Assembly (NCBI GenBank): GCA_050084985.1
Contig: JBITNC010000001.1
Span: 75,826,001-75,890,000, forward strand
DNA from: Nageia nagi
Taxonomy: Eukaryota > Plantae > Pinophyta
Reading direction: 5' to 3'
DNA length: 64,000 bases
Below, one piece after another: positions 1 to 12,514 of this stretch. Position 1 is the first letter of the stretch; each line of letters opens with the position of its first letter. The notes under the pieces are model-generated. The model had not been told where the DNA came from, did no database searches, and saw only the letters and a program-made list of their open reading frames with translations. The position numbers and the translations under genes are program-made.

Positions 1-2094
1 AGATAGGTGGTAATAATCACCACCACATGTAGCCTTAGGTGTTTCCCTACTACAAAAAACCTACAACCCTTTGTAAGTCACATCGATTAGTGATTCTAAT
101 CATGGTCATTCGATTTAATCAACCATAAAACCTTAGCCCAACATATGTTATCACCCCCCATCTCATGCTAATATATCAAACCACCCTTGATGGGTATACC
201 CCAAATTTGATACACATCAAAGTTACTATCATTTCATCAGTGGGAAGATGAAATGAATAATAATCTTGATCCCATCTCTCAGCCAAGGTAGTGAGAAGAG
301 GTGTATCCACTTGTACTATCCCCATGTATGCAAGCTCTCCTAACCTATATTGGTCTAGAATATTATCTAATTATTGAGTTCATGGGAAGGCTCAGGCTAG
401 ATCTAACATTGTACTCCTCATCAATCCACCCTAAATTAACCACTTGTGATCCTACAAGGTAGTGCATGGGTTTGTTATTCTCTCATCTATGCTCATGGAT
501 ATTAACAATATAGATTTTGGATCTATTTACTACATGCTTGACTAGCAAACTATGAAGATACTCCATTAGATGACCTATCCTTCCTGTGATTGGCTATTAG
601 ATACTCCTCCAATTGATGGTAGCCATTCCTTCAGAGTCACAAATCCTTTACAGTCATCCTCCTGCTAGTCCAATCATTATGCTAAAATGACAAATGAAGA
701 AGACACTCCAATAGTGTAATGTTGTTTGTAGGGTGGCAAATTTGGTTGGGTCTGTAAGAAATCAATGCCTACTTGTCAAAGCTCTAGATGGCAAAGGTGT
801 TAAAGTCAAAATGACTTATTTTTTCCAAATATTTTGATTTTATAGGTTGAATTTGGCACTCAAATTAGGGTATTGCATATTTGTTTCCATATAGTTCCTA
901 CATCTTTATGTGTAGGTTTATTTGCCTTATAAAAATTTTACATCTCACCTTTCCTTTTTTAGATACTAAAAATTGTTATTTCCATGGCATCAATAGAGTC
1001 CAATTCTTTGAGTTATGTGTGCTATCAATGGAACATGGATCTAATCTATTCTCAAAATTTATTTAATTGATGCCTACATGCTCTAGGTAATTATTCCTTA
1101 ACTTGTATTTTTTATAAAAATTTATATTGGGTTTAGGGTGTTAGCAGTGTACTAATTTGCTATTTTAATGATTTTCCAATGCACATAATCTATTTTCATT
1201 AATTTCATATGATAATGAGTTCTTATTTATGCTATTAATTTTAAAAACTTGGATTATCTATACTTGGTTTAAGTCATATTGTAGGGTAAAATTATACCTT
1301 TAAGAAAAGTGTTCCTAGGTAGCTCTAAGCCCATGATATTTTCATTATTTGGTCAAATAAGAAGGTAATGCTTACTTGGGAAATATTTTCCACTTACTTT
1401 ACGATGCTAGTGGCATGTACACATAAGGGCACTAGCAAAATAAATATCTATAAATTACCCAAATAATTAAAAATCCTCTGGTACTTATCCTTAATTGCAC
1501 CATTCTGACATGAGTACTGGTACCACAATTATGCTCCCATTATGAGGTATTTTATTTTTCTCTTTTCATTTGACAATATTAAGCATGTTAATTTTGCATT
1601 TAGAAAAGTTGATATTTGTTAACATGGATTTAAGCATTCAAAGTGAATATATCAAGATCTATTGGTTAACCTAAAGTTAGCATGAAGAAATATGTAGAAA
1701 GACATGGCATTATCTCCCCTTATAGACTTTACTCTACATTATGCACTACATTTCTCCCAACTTGGCATAACTCTACTCTCCTCCATGTGTTGAATGATGA
1801 TGTCATGGATTTTGGATAGACACATCATGCATACTTTGGTTAATAGAATTCAAGATAATTTTATTTGAGCCATATTCAAAGATTCCTTCAATGTCAATGA
1901 TGTAGAAGATACACAACATTAGCAACATACATTGACCTATTTTCATGGTACCGATGGCATGAACCCTTGGTGTATAATTAAACTCTAGCTCTCAGATCTT
2001 AATAGGTTTGAATATTAGGTATTTCATTGTTCCAAACTAGCATATTCTAATATATTATATTTTTTCATCCTTTCTTTGCATGGTTTATGTCTTA

Positions 2095-2631
2095 AGATCA
2101 TGGACACAAAAACACATGATCACTAATGGCCAACAATATGCATAGTGAGAGTTCACTCATTTAAAACTAAATTGGAGATATAGCCATGAGTAATTTGTTG
2201 ATATTGGATCATCTTGAATGGATGATGCATTTTACTATGTATCCACATGGTTTTTTCTTCAAACCCATCTAAAGCATACTATATTCATATCATATACATA
2301 CAAACGTATGATTGTTGATGGCCAACAATATGGTTAGTGAGAGTTCACTCACATAAAAGTAAAACAATGATACAACTATGAGTATTTTGTTGAAATTGGA
2401 TCATCTCCAATATATGATACATTTTACTATGTATCCATATGTTTTTTACTTTAAACCTATATAAAGCATATTATCTTCAGATCATAGACATACAAACGTA
2501 TGATCACTGATGGCCATTGATATGATTAGTGAGAGTTCACTCACATACAAGATAAACTAGTGATGCAACCATGAGCAAGATGTTGACATTGGATCATCTC
2601 CAATGGATGAAACAACTTACTATGCCTCCAT
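2095..2631. repeat. Tandem repeat, 192-bp unit, about 2.8 diverged copies
   Basis: GTGAGAGTTCACTC recurs at 2145, 2337 and 2529 (period 192). Flanking motifs ATTGGATCATCT and TTACTATG recur in register. Confidence 0.9.
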
Positions 2632-2975
2632 CATCATTTTTTGATTCATATTTTATTGTAGGTACTATGCCAAAGCTATGCTCATAGTTCTGCTAGTGGT
2701 GTACAAAAGTTTATTATTTCCACTCTTTCAAACTATCACCTCTTAATTTTGAGGCATGAACATGAGTGCATCAATTTCTTGAGTATGAGACACAATGGAA
2801 TGGCTAGAATCATAATCAAAATAGTATCAGAGATGCAAATTATATCTTCCATCTCCAACCTTGGATATGGATTTTCATTATTATCTAATTATAAACCAAA
2901 TAATATTCCCAAATATAGCTTCTTCAATAGCTTTTGTGTTGACTACTCCTAAAAATACATGATCAAATATCTTTC

Positions 2976-3421
2976 TATTGGAATATATAATACTTAAGGG
3001 TATCATTTGATACCTTAAGTATTTAAATGAATATGATAATGTAACTTGTCCTACACTCCATGTCATGAGCATGCCCCTTGGGTAAAAGGATGTGCATGTC
3101 ATGCTTTTGTACATTGGATAGAAGGGTGAACCAAAGAGAAATTTTGGCCTATAAATAAAAGGCTCCCTCTTTGTGATCACACACCAATTGTGGAGTAAAG
3201 TTATGCTATAGGATAGAAGTGTAGGAGTTGAGATTAGAAGAATTGTAAGAGAGTTGTATTTGTGAATGAATTAAAGATCTAGTTCATGGATGTACTTCTA
3301 GTTGGAAAAACCACTTACATCTTGTGTTGTGAGATTGCTTTGTGAGTTTGTTATATGTAATTATGAGCTTTCATGTAATCTTGGTTGATTAGGAATTATC
3401 TTGTTAGTGTTAGTTTTTTCA
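2976..3421 (+). repeat. 5' LTR of Copia element (446 bp)
   Basis: Matches 10563-11056 with about 40 substitutions (~9%, counted by eye) and lacks a 48-bp segment. Starts TATTGG (TG decayed to TA) and ends TTCA. TATA-like CTATAAATA at ~3149. Confidence 0.95.
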
Positions 3422-3424
3422 CAT

Positions 3425-3436
3425 TGGTATCAGAGC
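3425..3436 (+). other. Primer binding site, initiator tRNA-Met
   Basis: TGGTATCAGAGC 3 nt after the 5' LTR end. Confidence 0.95.
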
Positions 3437-6263
3437 TCTTTGGAAGCTCCTCTTCACATCATTGGTGTAGAAGCTCTTCTTCAACATCTTGGAGGTTCTT
3501 CATTCTTCACCCTTGTTCTTCATTGTGAGGTAAAAGAGCCTCAAAGGTATAACCCCCTTAATTTGATATAGCCTCCTTAATTTTGGATTACTAACATTTT
3601 TTTATGTTATGTTAGTCCTTATATATATATATATATGGGAAGATTTGCTTAAAATAAGAATATATTGAAATGCCTTTTTTTTGTAATACCTCTCATAATT
3701 AGTTGCAATTATTAATTGCTTATTATATTTACTATAATTTTACATATATTTAGAATGTAGATTTTGTATATATATATATATATTTGAGTACAAAAATATA
3801 TATATATACTACATCTTTTTTTCAATGCAATTATATGCAAATTTCAATACAAAATTGAAGTACAATCCTTGATATGTTTATTGCTATACTAAATATTTTA
3901 TAAGGAAATTTTAAATAAATAAATAAATAAATAAATATATATATATATAGGGTTTAATTTAAAAGGAGTTGCTTTTTTAGTAAAAAAAAAATACTGTACA
4001 TTTTTTAGAATAGCATTTAAAATGTTTGCACAATTTTTTTTTTTAAAAGGAAGGGTGGGTTGGGCCTAGGATGGGTAGTGTTGACCAACCAAACTCTATG
4101 GGTTGGGCATGGGATGGGTGGTGTTGACCAACCAAACCCTTGCTATTTGAGCCTACTCACACTCATTATTTGATCCAGCTTGCACTCATCACTAGAGCCT
4201 ACTCATGCCCTCCATACAATCTTGTTCTATCTTTTGTACAACCTCTCCTCCATACCACGGTCTCCTTTAGCATTTCATCAGGTCATAATATAAATATTCA
4301 AACTCCTTACATAATGTTTAGTCATCCAAAAAGGACACAAAAATTGAAACATATTTTTTTCTCTGCTGCTCTCCACCTAGCTTTAGACTCCATAGCTATT
4401 CCAAGGTCCATGCAACCATTTTGAGGCCCTCATAGCTTGTTTAAAACCTTGCACCCTACCTTTCCTCGACCACCCCACCCTCCAGGGCCTCCTCCTACTA
4501 CTCTTGCTTTGTGGTTTCCCACCTTTACCATGCTCCATAGTATGCTTCTCTATCTCCCTCACATAGTCAATCCCATATGCTGAATTTAGGGGGAAAGGTG
4601 GATTGGAACACTCCTTCCTTCCATACGCAACACATAGCCCCTCATTCCCTCTCTAATATCTTAGCCAATGTAAACCTTCCTCCTCTTAGAACTAAAATAT
4701 TTTATGTGTTTTTTTTTGCTTGATGTTACTTACAAGCTACTTTTTCTCATCTCATCATTTCCTTTCCTGCTAAACATTAATTGCAAACAAATGGAGTGAG
4801 GATTTCCTCCTCTCATTTATTTCTTTGCAGGAGTGGTGCATAAATTAATGATAAAGCATTAAAAGTAGTTCTCTTTTACAAAAGGGATATATATATTTAT
4901 ATTGGTCAAATTGCAATTTTTTTCTTTTAAAATTGAAAAGAATATTTTAAAAATGCTTAAATTCCAAAAGAGGAGGATAAACTTTTTTTTTTTAAAGTAT
5001 TAAGTGGGAGATTTATTTTTTAGATTACTTAAGTAAAACTTGACATATTATCTAAGTTAAAACTAGCAATTTTTGAAGGGATCATGTTGCCTTAAGTTCT
5101 TTAAGTATAAAAAAAGGGGGGGGGGGGAATTTTTATACTAGAATTTATTTTTGGATGCATGCCTAATGCATGCTTAGTACTTAATTTTTAAGTTAAATGC
5201 TTAGAGCTTATATTATTTTAAAAATGATGCATACTTATGCTTAATACATAAAATTTTATGCATGCTTAAAATTTGTTTAGGATGCATGCTTACACTTAAA
5301 AGATGCATGTTTTTAGAACTTAATTTTTATGCATACTTATGCCTAAGTATGTATCCTTTATGCAAAGTTAACTTATGCAAATTATGGAATTAATGAATGT
5401 TTAAGTATTAATCATTTCTTATTACAAAGTTAACTTGTGTAAATTATGGATCTTTGTAAATATGTCCTTTATGGGTTAGTAAACAAAACCCATTGGACTC
5501 TTAGGTTCCAAGTTATGAATGGATGATGTTTAATTTTATGCTCTTTTACTTTACATTTTGCATTTTGGTTTGTTTTACTTATGCAAAATCATAAGCATTG
5601 ATATGAGCAACCTCCTAAAATGAACACATCTGCATGTACATTCTACAATATGACTTGTTTGGGGAGCCATGATGTGAGGATAGGAAAATTGGAGCCTTTA
5701 ATTTTGATGATCCAAGTGATGAAAAATTCATACTTCTTAATTGGCCCTAAGTATTTTGTTAGTCTAGACATAACTCTATTAGGTGGATAGGCATGTGTGT
5801 AGCTATACAACATGTTTGCATGTCCATTTAGAGATTATCTTGATAACCTAGGAGGAAAACTTGAAACCTAATCAAGATTAATAATTTGGTCAATCCAACA
5901 AATATCAAAACCTTGAAAAATAGGTAGTACTTCTTCTTGTGAGAGTTTATTGCTACCCAAGGGGAACTAGTTAAGGATTGGCAAAAACTAGGCTCCTCTT
6001 GTGTGGGCATCCAAGTGAAGGCCTAATTTTAGACAAGAAAATAAGCTTCAATAATATCACTTTACATCTACGGTTCTTGAGATGAGACATGTATTTGGGT
6101 ACATGGGTTATTATTTGAATTGTGAAATACTTGCACTTATGAATCAAATCAAGTATGTCTTTAGTACTAAATATAACATGTATTATTTACTTGATTAAAA
6201 ATTAAAATTTAAATATTATTTATTAAAAATACATGCTTATTATTTCATATTTTTGTGTAGAAA

Positions 6264-9200
6264 ATGGAAGAATTCTTTTTATCCAAACACATTCTTGATG
6301 GTTCCAACTTTGGCATTTGGGAATCATGGATGAAAGCTATATTGCAAGCAAAAAAGATTTAGCAAATAATAAATGAGAATCTTATACCTCCTACAAATGA
6401 GAAGGCACTTGAAGCTTACAAGATAAAGAATGAGTTGGCAACTTCCATGATTTACTATGCAATTTAAGATGATGTGCTCTTAATGATTTCCTCTTCAACC
6501 TCAGAAAAGGAAGCATGGAATAAGCTTAAGCAAATCTACCTTGGCTTAATTTTTTCAAAAAAATTTACCATTCTCCAAAATTTGTTTTAATCTCATGAAG
6601 GGGAATATGAAAATGTGGGTATCTACTTGAATAAAATCTTTAACCTAAGGATCAACTTGTTGCTTGTGGATGCAATTGGATCAATGATGAGTTCATGATC
6701 TTCATCATTTTTTAAATCCTCTCTTCAAAGTTTGAAAACTTTGTAATAGTTATGGAAATAAGGCTTAATGATGAAAAAGAAGTTTTCTCCTTTGAAAACC
6801 TTTTAAATCACCTATTAAAGCTTGAGGAAACCCTTAACAATAAGGTGTCGATTTCTTCTCCAAAGGATAATAACATTGCTCTTGAAGCAAGAGAAATTCC
6901 ATTTAAGAAGTTCAACCCTCAAAGGAAATCTTATCCTTCTTCCTTTAAAATTTTTGAGAAAAGAGACTAGCTACAATAGTAGTAGAAATAATAGAAACAT
7001 AAAATCACAATAGTAGGAACAATAGTAACAACAATCATTTCAAGTAAAGAGATGAAAAAGTCAAAGCAAACACTTCTTATTCTAAGAAAATGTTTGATGG
7101 AAATTTTAACTATTGTGGCATGCAAGGTCACAAAGAACTTGATTGCTATAAAAAAAAAGAGGAAAAGAAACAAAGGTAATAGAATTACAAATAACTACAA
7201 AGAAAAAAAAATATTCATGTTGGTTTTGCTACAATACTCTACTCCATGTCTTGCTCTTTTTCATTTGAATGGAATGTTGACTCTAGTTGCACTAATCATC
7301 TATTCTTTGAAAAAGAAAAGTTTGAGAACTTTCATGAGTATAATAAGGATGCAGTTGTGATAGGTGATAACTCTACCCTTGAAATCCAAGGAATTGGGAA
7401 TGTGTTGAAACATGGAAAGGTTCTTAAAAATACTCTCTATGTTCCTAATTTAATAATGAACCTTCTCTTCATATTCCAAGTTGCTAGAAAAGGGTACTCT
7501 TTTGAGTTTGACTCTCAATCCTGGTGTATTAAGAAAAGACTTGCCACTTTGATTAAAGGATCTATGAAAGATAACCTCTACATTATAAATCAAGTCCCAT
7601 AAAAGATGTGTTTTGCTTCTAGTGTATGTTCTAAAGGTAATATTTGGCACCATCATTTAGATAACCTTAACCACAAGAGAATTCAAGTCATAAAATACCA
7701 AGAACTTATGGAAGGCTTATCTTTAATTTCTCCTTCGATTGGTCTATACGAGAAGTGCATTCTTGGTAAGATGCATAGACAAGATTTTGAAAAAGATAAG
7801 GTAAGAAGAGCATATTAACCTCTTCAACTTGTGCATTTAGATTTGATAGGTTTATTTTAAACTAATTTGCTTAGAGGAGCATCTTGCATCTTGACCTTCA
7901 TTAATGACTTTAGTAGGATGACCTTTGGGTATCTAATTGAGCACAAGGATCAAACCTTTGAGAGTTTTAAGGTTTTTAAGGTCTTTATTGAGAATCAAAA
8001 TAATTTTAAAATCAAGATGTTGAGATTAGATAATGAGAGAGAATATAATAGTAATGAGTTCAATGAATATTGTGCTAAGTATGGAATCAAGAGTTAGTTT
8101 ACAATTCCATACACTTCTCAATAGAATGGTGTTGCTAAAAGAAAAAATAGAATAATTATGGAGATGGCTAGATGCATGTTGGGTAATCTTCCTAAATTCT
8201 TGTGGGATTAATCTATGAGCACTATTATTTACACCTTGAATAGGTGTCCCATAAAATCCATTTAGAGTAAAACTCTTTTTGAGGCATGGTTAGTTAGAAA
8301 ACCTAACATTTCTCACTTTAGTGTGTTTGGTTATGAAGCATTCTCCTACATTATTTCTAAGCAAAGAGAAAAGTTGAATAAAAGAGATAAAAAATGCATC
8401 TTTATGAGTTATTACAATCAACATAGAGGCTAAAAGCTCTACTCTCCAACCTATAAAGTAGTGTTCATTTCAAGGGATGTAAAGTTCAATGAACTTCCTA
8501 ATGAATCTACTTCTAATGAAAATGTTGATGATCTAGAGAACTCTTCAATTGATCTAAGCTAGTTAGATATTGACATAGATAAGTCACCTCAAGAATAAAA
8601 TTCTTCAACATAAATGGTAACAAGGAGTATGACCTTAAACAAATCCTTAATTACCAAGATTGACAACAAGAATGATCCCTTAACCTTCAAAGAAGCTTCT
8701 AAGCATGAGCACTAAATGGAAGCCATGAAAGTGGAGTATGAGGTGCTTATAAAAAATAAAACTTATAACTTGGTTCCTTAACCCAATGAGAAGAATGTGA
8801 TTGGATGATCTTTTGATTACTAATAATAATGATGAAATCATTCAAGAGTGTATATCAAAACTTAAGGCAACATTTGAAATAACTGATCTTAGTCTCTTAC
8901 ACTAATATCTTGGAATGCAAATGTATCAATATAAAGATTGTACATACCTTAGTCAATTTAAGTATATATAAAATATCTTGAAAAAGTTTGAAATGAAGGA
9001 GTGTAGATATATTGCAATCCTAGTCTCTCCTAGAATCACTATTTTTCTAAGCTCTAACTCTCAATTAGTTGATGCTATAGCTTACAGGTAATTAATTAGT
9101 AGTCTTTTGTATTTGACTATATCTAAGCTAGATATTACCTTTACAATGAATCTGATGACATGATTCATGTAGAAATCTTATGTTGAGCACCTTAATGCTA

Positions 9201-9755
9201 TTAAGAAAATCTTGAGGTATGTTGCAGAGACTAAGGATCTTACTCTCAAGTATTCCAAGTTACCCTCATTTGTTCTCTCTAGATTCTTAGATTCTGACTA
9301 TGGAGGAGATAGAGATGATAAGAAGTTAACCTTTACATATGTGCTTAGGATTGGTTCAAGTGCTATCTCTTGGGCTTTCAAAAATTAGCCTACTATTTCT
9401 CTTTCCACCATAGAAATGGAATATCATGCCATGTATATTGTAGACCAAGAAGCCATTTGGCTAAGGCATCTTTTGAAAGAAATTATGTATGAGCAAGGTG
9501 GCTCATATTTAATTTTTTTAGATAATAAATTAGGTATTTCTTTGGATAATAATCCTATATTCTACCAAATAATAAACATGTGAAAATCCATGCCCATTTT
9601 ATTAAAAATAATTTCTTGATGGCATCATAGAGTATTGTCCATCCACCTTGAACTTTGCTGATTTGTTCACCAAGCCCCTCCTAGAAGCTCAAGTTTATAA
9701 TCTTGGAGATGCTATTAGGTTGGTGAAGTTTCCATTAAGGGGGAGTGAAGGTTGA
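6264..9755 (+). pseudogene. Copia gag-pol, disrupted by stops, frameshifts and an RT deletion
   Basis: Gag MEEFFLSKHILDGSNFGIW..EAWNKLKQIY; zinc knuckle (F)NYCGMQGHKELDC ~7110; protease WNVDSSCTNH ~7270; integrase FINDFSR/LRLDNEREY/NGVAKRKNR; RT start DPLTFKEA..NKTYNLVP; RNase H DSDYGGDRDDKK..SAISW..ADLFTKPL; ends LRGSEG*. Confidence 0.93.
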
Positions 9756-9890
9756 ATTCTTATGATGAATTCATATATATGATGACAACTTCACCCCTAG
9801 AAGGGTTTTATGTTGTATAGTGTTGATTTTGTTGTACACCTTCATAGTATGTTCTCTCTAAATGAGGAACTTATTGTACAAATTGAAAAA

Positions 9891-10105
9891 TCTAGTACTA
9901 TTTAGTTATCCATGTGTGAGGAACTCTTATGTGTCTTTTGGAATTATTTAGTTATCCATATGTGAGGAAATCATATGTGCATTCTCTATTTTGGTTAATC
10001 TAGCATTATTTAGTTATCCATGTGTGAGGAAGTCTTATGTGTCTTTTGGCGCTGTTTACTTATCCATATGTGAGGAACTCATATGTGCATGCTTTATTTT
10101 GTAAT
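9891..10105 (+). repeat. Tandem repeat in Copia 3' UTR: four ~35-bp cores arranged as a 108-bp dimer x2
   Basis: TTATCCATRTGTGAGGAA..C.TATGTG occurs four times. TCTAG at 9891 and 9999 gives the 108-bp higher-order period. Confidence 0.85.
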
Positions 10106-10562
10106 TATAATCAACACATGTTTTATATATAGCAGGTGACTATAAGTTTTTTCGCTTGGCATCTCCAAGATGACTTATAGTGCATCATTGATTAGTTCAT
10201 GATGGCATTTGTGTGATTCATCTATCCTTATTGATATAAATATGATGCATCTAACTAATCTTATTATTTGAGCTACTTATGACTTGCAAGTTCCTTTGAG
10301 ATCACAAGTTATTTACCTTAGATATGTAGGCTCTTAGAGACTCTTCATGACTTCTAGTTGGATGACTACTTCATGTACATTGAAACTAGTTGTTCTTAAT
10401 GATTGTCTTTGGCAAAGTAGTGAGTCTTAAGCTAGATCTTTCTTACTTCACAAATATGTAAAAAAAATTCATATTCATTATACCTATTTGGAGGAGAACT
10501 CTCTTACTTTCTCTTCTTCATCTCTCTTACTCGCTCTATCCCAATATTGCATTAAGAAGGAG

Positions 10563-11056
10563 TGTTGGAATGTATAACGTATTATTGTAAAGGTTTGTAT
10601 TAAATATTATATGTAAGTTTACTAATACTTAAGGGTATCATTTGATAGCTTAAGTATTTAAATAAATATGATAATGTAACTTGTCTTACAATCCATGTCA
10701 TGAGCATGCCCCTTGGGTAAAAGGATGTGCATGTCATGCTTTTGTACATTGCATAAAAAGGTGATCCAAAAAGGAATTTTGGCTTATAAGTAAAAGGCTC
10801 CCTCTTTGTGATCACACACCAATTATGGAGTAAAGTTATACTATAGGATAGAAGGGTAGGAGTTGAGATTAGGGGAATTATAAGAGATTTGTATTTTTGA
10901 TTGAAGTAAAGATCTAGTTAGTAGATGTACTCCTAGTTGGAGGAACCACTTACATCTTGTGTTGTGAGATTGCTTAATGAGTTTGTTATATGTAATTTTG
11001 AGCTTTCATATGGTCTTGGTTGATTAGGAATTATCTCATTAGTGCTATTTCCTTCA
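10563..11056 (+). repeat. 3' LTR of Copia element (494 bp)
   Basis: TGTTGG...CCTTCA, preceded by PPT AAGAAGGAG (10554-10562) and followed by TSD CTTTC. Confidence 0.95.
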
Positions 11057-11901
11057 CTTTCCTAGGGCACCTAAGACAAAAGGGGGGAAATACAAGGTTC
11101 CTCAACATTAATCATTCATCTTTAGTAAAAGATAGCATCAACAAAAAGATCAAAAAAATTTCTCCTATAGTTTGGCTACACTTCTTCTTAGGACATGTAA
11201 TTTCATGGCCTCAATCAGACATCCAAAGAGAGGAAAATGTAAATGACTCAAGATGAACCTTTATGTATTTATAAATGATTTTAATCTCTTAACAATGCAT
11301 TATTTTAAAAAAAGATTTAAAATATATAAAAGAGGTGTAAGCCACATATTTAACCCTTATTAATTATACAAGGGGTCGAATCCTATAATAGAAGCATCCC
11401 TATATAAAAGCATTAAAGACATATAAAGAGAAGAAGAGGATGGGATTATTATTAAGAGGAGACCAGATAAGGGGCAGATTATGGAAAACTTAAGGTTTTT
11501 ATCAATTGAAGATCGAATAGAGAATCAAAGGACTCAAACATCATCTATAAATCAAACACTTGCAAAGCCTTCTTATGTGTAACAAGCAAATCTCTTATCT
11601 CAAATATTATCATACTTCCATTATATTGATAAATCATTCATTTGTTTATCATTTTGTCTTTTGTTGCATTTGTTATTTGATCATTAATACGATGCCAATG
11701 GTGTATTATTACTATGGTGCTAACATCGTCCTAATGCATATGATATTGCCTATCTTTCTTTGATTGATTGAATATGTATATCAACAAAATGAACTTGTAT
11801 GTTTAATCATCTATTGTCATATTCTCACTTTATATCAACCAATTAATAGACCAAATAGTGCATGTGTTAATTCCTCGAAATAATTACACCATTGCATTAT
11901 T

Positions 11902-12451
11902 TAAGGTCTACATGTGGGTTTTATATTTGTTTAATAACTTCTTATTTTTTTGGAATTATGAAAATAATAATATATGTGCATGATCTACATATAATTTTTT
12001 CATAAGATAATAAATAAAAATGATATTTTTAGGTTAAATTATGCTTGTTGAAAATAAGAAATTTTTGAAACCGTAATCATAGTCCATAAAATGATAATAA
12101 AAAACAAAACATTTTTAAAAAAATTGCAAAAAATATCCTCCATAATCTTTAGTGTCTTAGGTATCTTTTCCCAAAAGTATTTTAAAATATATTTTAATTT
12201 AGGTCTAATTAATTTTACTGAACACAATGCAGGTATGGTTCTAAAATTGTATTTTTTAAATAGTGGCTTTTAAACATGTCTACCAAATATTAATTTCTAT
12301 CATATGAAAACTAAACTTTACGAACTACATTTTTACCTAGTGACCTTTTTCAAGAATTAGACTCTTAAGTGCTTCGATTTTTGAGATTAATTATGAGAAA
12401 ATGTAAAAATCAGGGAAGACACTTCCACTTTTTGGCCAAAAGTAGGACTTA
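11902..12451 (-). repeat. Dispersed non-coding repeat (probable non-autonomous TIR element), inverted copy
   Basis: Reverse-complement similarity to 48631-~49200, 47441-47866 and 63635-~63850 (e.g. GTGTCTTAGGTATCT vs AGACACCTAAGACAT; AATCAGGGAAGACAC vs GTGTTTTCCTTGATT). Weak terminal IR TAAGGTCTAC/GTAGGACTTA. Confidence 0.6.
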
Positions 12452-12514
12452 TCTTCTTGCACTTACCCATGAGAGCCAATATCATGAATAATAAACCAAG
12501 AATAAGTATACATA

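Larger units (their letters stand above)
2976..11056 (+). mobile_element. Full-length, decayed Ty1/Copia LTR retrotransposon
   Basis: Two LTRs (2976-3421, 10563-11056), perfect 5-bp TSD CTTTC (2971-2975 / 11057-11061), PBS, PPT and gag-PR-IN-RT-RH domain order. Confidence 0.97.

Noticed and set aside
1-2090. Likely TE-derived sequence at the window start
   Set aside because: No recognisable domain, terminus or TSD within the window.
2881-3180. Similar minus-strand ORFs at 2881-3180 and 10600-10815 (MITKREPF..)
   Set aside because: They are antisense readings of the two LTR copies, use non-ATG starts and have no protein motif.
9891-10105. Repeat-spacer patterns (also 21820-22025 and 50947-51146) as CRISPR-like arrays
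   Set aside because: Eukaryotic TE context, spacers are themselves repeated, and there are no cas genes.
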